A stretch of DNA of 64,000 nucleotides from Octopus vulgaris (taxonomy: Eukaryota): the NCBI GenBank assembly GCA_951406725.2, contig OX597816.1, positions 154,690,001-154,754,000 on the forward strand. Direction: 5' to 3'. The notes below the pieces were generated by a model that saw only the letters and a program-made list of their open reading frames with translations, made no database searches and was not told the origin of the DNA. The position numbers were made by a program, and so were the translations under genes. Below are positions 55,830-64,000 of the stretch, in pieces (the stretch's first letter is position 1; every line of letters starts with the position of its first letter).

Positions 55830-57400
55830 AACTTTTGTAAGAGACAAGCTCAAACAAACAGCTTTCGTTAAATTAGATACCAACACTACCATCAAGGAAC
55901 CTGACCTACAAGAAAGCTATAAATACCTAAGGACATACAAAGGAGGTAATATACAACATTCTACCAAGAAGTGAGAAATAAGAAAGGAATATTACAGGAG
56001 TGTAAGATTCATACTAAAAACTGAACTCAACTCCAAAAATCGCATCGAAGCTATTAACACCCTGGCACTTCCAGTAGTTCAATACAATTTTAACATCATT
56101 AACTGGAATCTTACAGAGCTCCAACGCCAGGACAGGAAGACAAGAAATTTACAAACATCTAAGAACATGCACCACCCAAAAGCAGATGTTGATCGTCTGT
56201 ACTTACCTAGATGTAATGGGGGAAGAGGAATGATGCTGGTAGAATTGTGCTATTGGACGTTCTCATTGGCAGTAAACAAGTACTTATCTAGTACAAAGTA
56301 GTGGATGCTGTGGCTTGTGTGCAAAAATTCAAATTCAATTGTCAATGAAGCCTTGCAAATTCGCAGGAGAACTCGGCATCAGCCCTGAGATAGATGAACC
56401 TGAAATCACAGCCACCAAACAAGTAAACCGGATCAAACATACTGCAAAAAAGAGCGGACAGAAACAAATTGAGGAGCGGTGGAGCCAGAAGCCACTGCAC
56501 GGACAGTATACACTTCACGGTTGTAATGCTGATGTAGTCCAAGTAACAACCCACCAGTTGCTGAGGAGCTCAGGACTCAAAGCAGAGACTGAAGGTTTAA
56601 TATTAGCGACATAAGATCAAAATTTGCTTATCAAAATCTACCAGGCCAATGTTCTTCGAAACGGTTCTGATACTAAATGCAGATTCTGCGATAAATTTAA
56701 TGAAACAATAGACCATCTCGTCTCGGGATGTCCTGTGCTGATACCAAGCGAATACAAAAATCGTTACGATAGGGTAGGACAGTATTTACATCGGAAAATA
56801 TGAAAACACTATAAAATCAGCACTCCAGCTTACTGGTATGAACATCATCCTGAGTCAGTCGTTGAAGATAAAAATGTCACTTATCCTCTGGGATTTTCCA
56901 GTCAACACCGACAGCACGATCCAGTCTAATCGGCCAGACATTGTCATTAAAGACAAGGAAGAAAATATATGTAAACTAATAGATGTAAGTATTCCCACTG
57001 ATAAAAATAAATCTGTAAAGGAATTTGACAAATTAACTAAATATAAGGACCAGGAAATTGAAATACAAAAGATGTGGCATCTTAAAGGCGGGAACTGTTC
57101 CTGTTATTGTGGGTGCTCTATGTATGATAAGAAATGGATGTCAGAAATATCTAGATAATATCTCAGGAGGACTATGTCTCAGAGAAATCCAAAAGATTGT
57201 GCTGACAAGTACTGCCCACATCCTTAGAAAAACCCTGTCAATTTAGATGTATGTGTTGTATGTATTATATGAAAATATTTCGCTACTTTCCCTCCCTAGC
57301 TTTCAGTCATACTGTAACATCTCTTATTCTTCACTCGCTCGAGGACGCTGGATGTGTCTCGGTAAGTAATTGTAACAAATATGCAGATTAAAAGTAAATA
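55830..57400 (+). mobile_element. R4/Dong-like LINE inserted in a (TAA)n-type array
   Basis: YKYL, HPK..VDRLYLPR..GGRG, KPLHGQY, CRFC...HLVSGC, NRPDIV, IDVSIP. Confidence 0.88.
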
Positions 57401-57452
57401 ATGATGATGATGATGATGACGATTAATAACAACAACAACAATACTACTACTG

Positions 57453-57518
<66 letters not shown>

Positions 57519-57546
57519 CTACTACTACTACTACTACTACTGCTGA

Positions 57547-57617
<71 letters not shown>

Positions 57618-58189
57618 ATAATGATGATGATAATAATAACGATAATAATAATAATAATGTGACACTCGGGAAGAAATGGAAACAAAATTGAAAATAACGA
57701 TGATAATAAAAGATCCCTTATTATTCCTGTGACAGTTGTCTATTTCATCGATCATTGCTAATGCTTAACCTCAGGTCAGCCTTCATCAAGTAGTTGTATG
57801 AAAAAGTGGTTCCAGCCATGACGATGCTATCAGTTGTCAGAGTTGTTCATTCTTTTCTTAAGACGGTAAGGTATGACATGAGTGATATTTAGCTGCTATT
57901 TTTCGCAGCCGAAGTGAGCACGTGGGTATTCCCTTTCTACGTCTATCCTGGTGTATTAATGTAAGTTCTGGGTCTTTGATATCTGTATTCAAGTCTATGT
58001 TCAGAGGATAAACGTATGTTTAGACAATCAGCAAATAATTTCAACATCTAACACCGCCGCCGCCACCGCCGAAACCACCACCACCACCACCACCACCACC
58101 ACCACCACCACCACCACCACCACCACCACCACTGTCAACACTACCATTGTTACCTTCGTCTTAATCACCACCTTACTAATATCGTTGTG

Positions 58190-58527
58190 AAGGCGCATGG
58201 CTCAGTGGTTAGAGCGTCGAGCTTATGATCGTGAGGTTGTCAGCTCGAATCCCGGACCGAGCTGCGTGTTGTGTTCTTGAGCAAGACACTTTACTTCACG
58301 TTGCTCCAGTTAACTCAGCTGTTGAAATGAGTTGCGACGTCACAAGTGCCAAGCTGTATCGGCCCCTTTGCCTTTCCCTTGGATAACACTGGTGGCGTGG
58401 AGAGGGGAGGCCGGTATGCATGGGCGACTGCTGGTCTTCCATAAACCACCTTGCCCAGACTTGTGACTAGGAGGGTAACTTTCTAGGTGCAATCCCATGG
58501 TCAGTGTCGTGACCGAAGGGGGTCCCG
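58190..58527 (+). mobile_element. tRNA-derived SINE
   Basis: GGCGCATGGCTCAGTGGTTAG, CTCGAATCCC, TTCTTGAGCAAGACAC. Confidence 0.8.
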
Positions 58528-58582
58528 AAACTAATATCGTGGTGTTGTGCATCAACGTATTTAACACCTTCCAAGAACGGCA

Positions 58583-58776
58583 AAAACAATTGCAGTGTGG
58601 AAGTCACATATTAACCATACTATAACACACAAAGACTCACAACTTCATTCAAAAATTTATTATTTTATGTCAAAATTTCAGTACAGCGAAAATTTTGACA
58701 CCAAATAATAAATGATAAAATAAAGTTGTTAGTCTTTGTGCGTTTTTGAACGGTTAGTATGCCTTCTACACTGCAA
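58583..58776. mobile_element. Older fold-back copy of the 55064 family
   Basis: aaaacaattgcagtgtggaag...tgtcaaaatt..aattttgaca...cttctacactgcaa. Confidence 0.6.
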
Positions 58777-58780
58777 CCAT

Positions 58781-59202
58781 GGGATCTTTTCGGTTTGAAT
58801 GGCAGTTTTTTCTAGCGGTGTCATATGAAATTGTCACTCATAATTATGACCCTGGTATCGATCTATTGCATTTCAATCTGTTTTAGGGTTAGGGTTAGGG
58901 GTGGGGGGAAGGGTATCTTTTTTTCTTCACAAATGTAAATAAACCCAATCTGTTTCTTAAACGAGGGACATATTCATACGGCACAGAATGTTTTTTTTTA
59001 CCTCAATGGACGTCAGTGATTGGTTGAAATTGCAGAAATTGAAGAAAAAAAACAACATATATCTTACAAACTATAGAATTTTCTCAATAAAGCCAAGAGA
59101 AAAAGATGTTTTATAAACACATTCTACCAGTATACGAAGTTTAAAATTTTTTAGTTACCTAGAAATTATGATAAAAACTGCCGTTCAAACCGAAAAGATC
59201 CC
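58781..59202. mobile_element. MITE with 30-bp TIR and 6-bp TSD
   Basis: TIR GGGATCTTTTCGGTTTGAAYGGCAGTTTTT; TSD AACCAT at 58775 and 59203. Confidence 0.88.
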
Positions 59203-61271
59203 AACCATGTCATAAATAATTTACGTTAAAACCTTAATTGGAATATATATTTTTTTGTAATCACGAAGTTATTTATCGCAATAATTCAACTAAAGCGGAC
59301 TCCTTCGATATATTAAACAGCTGTAAAATAGTTTATCTGATGGGTTGAACGGCGTGCAAAGTACTTGTAAAACAAATGATATATTTGTAGAATCGTTAGT
59401 TAAACATGTAGTTTGAATCCTGTTAATGAGTTTTTTCTGTCTCATGACTTCTTATGTCATATAAAGAGTGTATACATACATACATGTATATACAAAATAG
59501 TCGAGCTGATAATATATTAGGCTATAGTTTATATACAGTAAATCATGTCAGGTTTTGTGTTTCTGTGGAGAACACTTAGCTATATTACATTATTTTAGCA
59601 GGCTGTCGAGTATCGTTTTTAAGTTTTCTGTGGGAAAAGTTCAGCAGGGCTGGCTGATTAATTATTGATGTCTTTCAATTGATAGAGGGATGATAGAACA
59701 CAAGTCGTGTCCCCCACGCAAGTCCTAGCCCCAGTTAATAAATTTCACTTCAATTATTTATTGTTCCTGTAGTTTCTTCCAATATATATATCCTTTAATA
59801 TAGAGAATGATCTAGCAACATCGTCTAAGTTTTGCCATACTACAGGAAATCAAAGAATGTTATTAAGGATTACGTAACGTCCACGCGTATATACACATGC
59901 TCATGTATTTCGCTTATGAGTTGTGAAAGAACAAATCATCTGCTTCTAACGAATAAAGTCTAATAAATGTGTGAGTATTTATTCTTCTGTACGTCTATAG
60001 AAGTTTATAGACACGAATGTATACATACATACATGCATACATACATACATGCATACATACATACATACATACATACATACATACACACACACACATACAT
60101 ACATACATACATACATACATACATACATACATACATACATACATACATACATACATACATACATACATACATACATGTCAGCGACAAGTTACAGTATTAC
60201 AAGGGTAAATTTCAGAGAAATACTTTCTCTGAATTACCGCTTATAATTTCAGTAATGTGATGGAAACCATGCTGAGCTAAATCTTTGTATAAAAGGAAAA
60301 GTCATTCCATGAACAAGTAATTTGAACGACCTATATCAATTAGCAAAAAGTGTTATGTCTACTTCTTCATTACTTTTGGTTAAACATTAAAGGTAAGTAT
60401 AAAAAAATATAAGTGGAACGGACATGCACATTAGATTAATGTCAAGTTCGGGTCCTCAGACACAGTTGTTTTAAAGCAGTCGTCAGCACAAAGCGCAGAA
60501 AGTAAAAAGTGGCAAACAGCGATCGACAGTCAAAATGTTCAAAATCCGACATAATTCGATTTTTATTGGAATGGTTCATAGATTATAATAATATACAGAA
60601 TGCGATATATTGATCCACAAGTATATTTAAAGATCTGATTACCGTTTAATACGTTCTTCATTACCCTCATTACTCTCAATATTGTGAATAGATCTTAAGT
60701 TGTGTTTGATTAGTATCCGTGAATGATGATGATGATACTGGTATTAGTGATAATAGAAAGTGTAACGATGATAGACTTAGCAGTGTTTTCGTTTGCAACA
60801 ATCTAGAGGATTATAATTGTTTTCTTTGTCTTCATTAAAGAAGTTTATGAGTGCAACGCTAATGAATGTTGAAGCTAAAACAATCACTCATACTAAATAT
60901 AATTAAAGCGAAAAGATAGAAAGAAATTGCATTCGTATCGAGCCTGGACTATACGAGTGTTTACGAGGCAAAGTCAAGGATTTTAAAGCTGTGCGAGTGG
61001 AATTTTCTCTTTATGATATTTCACTTGATTTCCCATGTGAATTGGGTAATTTAGAATTAGAGATTGTTGGGAGTTAAAAACAAACAGTGGGAGATGGAAG
61101 ATCGGATACTTTTATTAATCATGAATATAGACAGCTTTATGACGCCTAAAGATTTACTGTTTACGTTTAGCCATCATTCAGCAGTTATTTCACTTACTAG
61201 CTGAAACAGACATTATACAGGTGTACAGAGATGTATGTATATGTACCATATACATACATATATATGTATAT

Positions 61272-61302
<31 letters not shown>

Positions 61303-61320
61303 CATATGTATGTATGTATG

Positions 61321-61358
<38 letters not shown>

Positions 61359-61384
61359 TGTATGTATATATATATATATATATA

Positions 61385-61452
61385 CTTTGATACTTTGATA
61401 GGTTTCGGCCATTATTGGCCCAGGCCATGTCTAACTTAATAGCACCACCTGG
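61385..61452 (-). mobile_element. Isolated LINE 3' tip in (TA)n
   Basis: Reverse complement homologue of 20088-20150 with (TATCAAAG)2 tail. Confidence 0.85.
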
Positions 61453-61498
61453 TTATATATGTATATATATATATATATGTATATAGGTTATATATATG

Positions 61499-61533
<35 letters not shown>

Positions 61534-61948
61534 GTATGTATATTTAATCATTCGACGTCCACCCACCAATAGGAATTCATCATGTAGAATTTTAATTGAC
61601 TTTTACCTTCATATCTCGTATTACTGAACTCTATTCTCCCTCGAATAGATGTATCTCCTCTCGCATACACGGTTTTCATGTTATATATTTGTTCATTTAC
61701 ATTTTATATCTTATTATTTTTATTATCTATTTTGAAAATTATCTTTTATCATTTTTTATTATTTGAATGTATAAATATAAACATGTACCCCATCCAAGTC
61801 TTATAAGTCACTGTATATACGATTTCGTTTTTGGATGTAAAGTACTGACAACTGAAATTTGTATCTTCCACAAAAGATTTTTATTACTCCTTAGCTCATA
61901 AACGAGCATAAAAAACTATATACTGAGTATTGTCTCCATTAAAAATTC

Positions 61949-62011
<63 letters not shown>

Positions 62012-62350
62012 CATATATATATATATATATACATAGACATATATGATCATGTAAATTTATGTGTATGCATGTATGTACGCATGTATGTATATATTCATGT
62101 ATTTACACACACGCATATATATCCTTATATCTATGTATATATACACATATTTAGGTGTGTATGTCTATATTTATATATGCATACATACATAATACATACA
62201 TACATATATATATATATGTATATGATCTTGTATGTAAGTGCATTTTTCTCTAAAACATGGTACGACTCTATAACACTGTTTCTCTCTCTCCCCCCTCTCC
62301 TACATTTCTCAGCCTTTCACACTTTGCACTCCACTTTGACTCGTCTCTTT

Positions 62351-62382
<32 letters not shown>

Positions 62383-62429
62383 TCTTCTCCTCCTCCTTTG
62401 TTCCTTGTTCCCTTTTTCTCTCTTCCTCT

Positions 62430-62945
62430 GTCCCTCTTTTCTCCCCTCTCTTCTCCTCACACGTGACTAACTTTGGACTGCTGTCCTGCCTTTTCGTGGT
62501 CAATGGCCGTCTAGGCTAGACACATTTCTTTCTCTCTTCGCCTCAAGGCATTTTTTCAATGCGCCAGCTCAAGTTCACCCGTCCTGTCGAAAAGACGCAT
62601 GTCTGTAACGTCCTGCTTTTGTTATTATTAGTATCATTATTGTTTTTACGTATTTTCGTATTCTTATTCGTGTTATCATTATTATTTTTACGTATTTTTG
62701 TATTTTTATTTGTTCCCGTCCTTGTTTTGTATACATTCGAGGCTTTCTTCCAAGGAATCTAATGCGCTTGGCTTAGATTTTCCTTTGGGGCTGGCCAGGT
62801 CGGAGCAATCTCAAGATTAATCAGCCGAAATTGCAAAGATGATCCGGTTCTTGACTGATGATCGAAGGCTTCGAATGTCCCATCCGTTTTTTTGTATCGT
62901 CTTCTAAATGTTTTGCGTTCTTGTCCCAGTTTGTGTTTTTTTACA
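62430..62945 (+). mobile_element. Non-coding retroelement 3' end, class unresolved
   Basis: Tail shared with 37980-38250; runs into (TA)n. Confidence 0.55.
62789..62861 (+). ncRNA. Non-circularly permuted hammerhead-like motif
   Basis: GGCUG...GCAAUC-UCAAGA...CAGCC-GAAAUUGC...UCUUGA-CUGAUGA. Confidence 0.7.
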
Positions 62946-62950
62946 TATAC

Positions 62951-62981
<31 letters not shown>

Positions 62982-63990
62982 CTAGCAGTATCGCCCGGCG
63001 TTGCTCGGGTTTGTAAGGGAAATAACTATATAAGCATTTTTAGAGAGTTACTTCCCTTATAGATGCCAATTCGGGCTTTCTTAGCCATTTCTGTTTTGGT
63101 GTCTTCAAGCCATGAAGTCGTTGTTCTAAAAGAACGCTGGTCTCCTTGACAACGCATTACGACGTTGATTTCTTTACACTCCCTTCCCCACAGCTTCACG
63201 AGGGAGGGAAGGAGGAGAAGCAAACAGGTGCAGCTGTGAGCGTGGACGCCAACTCTGCCGCCATCGACACACGAAAAATTATGCATTAAAATGGAACAAA
63301 AATGATGTTAAATTATTTTTAAAATCGTAGACTCATCGTTGACGCGCGCTAATACTCAGACGGGCTCGATATGAATCACGACTATAAGATACCCGAATTT
63401 GGTTAAACTGCACCGCAAAATGTGGGAGGAGTTAGGAATCTAAATCGAAGGGGACAGACACTCACACAACTAGAGTTTTATATATATACTAGCAGTATCG
63501 CCCGGCGTTGCTCGGGTTTGTAAGGGAAATAACTATATAAGCATTTTTAGAGAGTTACTTCCCTTATAAATTCGGGCTTTCTTAGCCATTTTTGTTTTGG
63601 TGTCTTCAAGCCATGAAGTCGTTGTTCTAATAGAACGCTGGTTTCCTTCACAACGCATTACGACGTTGAATTCTTTACACTCCCTTCCCCACAGCTTCAC
63701 GAGGGAGGGAAGGGGGAGAAGCAAACAGGTGCAGCTGTGAGCGTGGACGCCAACTCCGCCGCCATCGACACACGATGCATTTTATGCATTAAAATGGAAT
63801 AAAAAATGACGTTAAATTATTTTTAAAATCGTAGACTCATCGTTGACGCGCGCTAATACTCAGACGGGCTCGATATGAATCACGACTATAAGATACCCGA
63901 ATTTGGTTAAACTGCACCGCAAAATGTGGGAGGAGTTAGGAATCTAAATCGAAGGGGACAGACACTCACACAACTAGAGTTTATATATAT
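62982..63990 (-). mobile_element. Head-to-tail tandem of two ~507-bp non-autonomous Helitrons
   Basis: actagcagtatcgcccggcgttgctcggg at 62981 and 63488; hairpin plus CTAG end. Confidence 0.8.
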
Positions 63991-64000
63991 TTATATATAT

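Noticed and set aside
58190-58265. tRNA-like sequence (also 22530-22598)
   Set aside because: No complete acceptor stem; continues into a SINE body
58883-58900. Interstitial telomere
   Set aside because: Only three units and internal to a MITE
60385-60400. Strong splice donor AAG/GTAAGT
   Set aside because: No convincing exon or ORF; expected by chance
62855-62885. Canonical type I hammerhead reading CUGAUGA..GAAU
   Set aside because: No stem I or A15.1; the permuted reading explains the pairings better

Overview
AT-rich eukaryotic DNA saturated with microsatellites ((TA)n, (CA)n, (TACA)n, (TAC)n). The repeat content looks like an octopod cephalopod genome (inference). I can support no host gene; nearly all listed short ORFs are microsatellite artefacts. 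The window is mostly decayed transposable elements: CR1/L2-group APE-RT LINEs (one near full length), an RTE LINE, R4/Dong-like and HERO-like RLE LINEs, Penelope-like element (PLE) fragments, Tc1/mariner remnants and MITEs, non-autonomous Helitrons and tRNA-derived SINEs. Four signals stand out. (1) Two unrelated retroelement 3' ends (42.1 kb, 62.8 kb) carry the same non-circularly permuted hammerhead-like RNA motif with fully covarying helices. (2) Many PLE-type termini carry minimal hammerhead-like motifs, often folded back into long palindromes. (3) A 1.7-kb ORF1-only (HAL1-like) retroelement with a 15-bp TSD sits in a SINE tRNA head, and a homologous ORF1 fragment lies inside a Helitron. 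(4) A ~1.5-1.9-kb tandem duplication has a templated fold-back junction. All structures were read by eye; no folding or database search was run.
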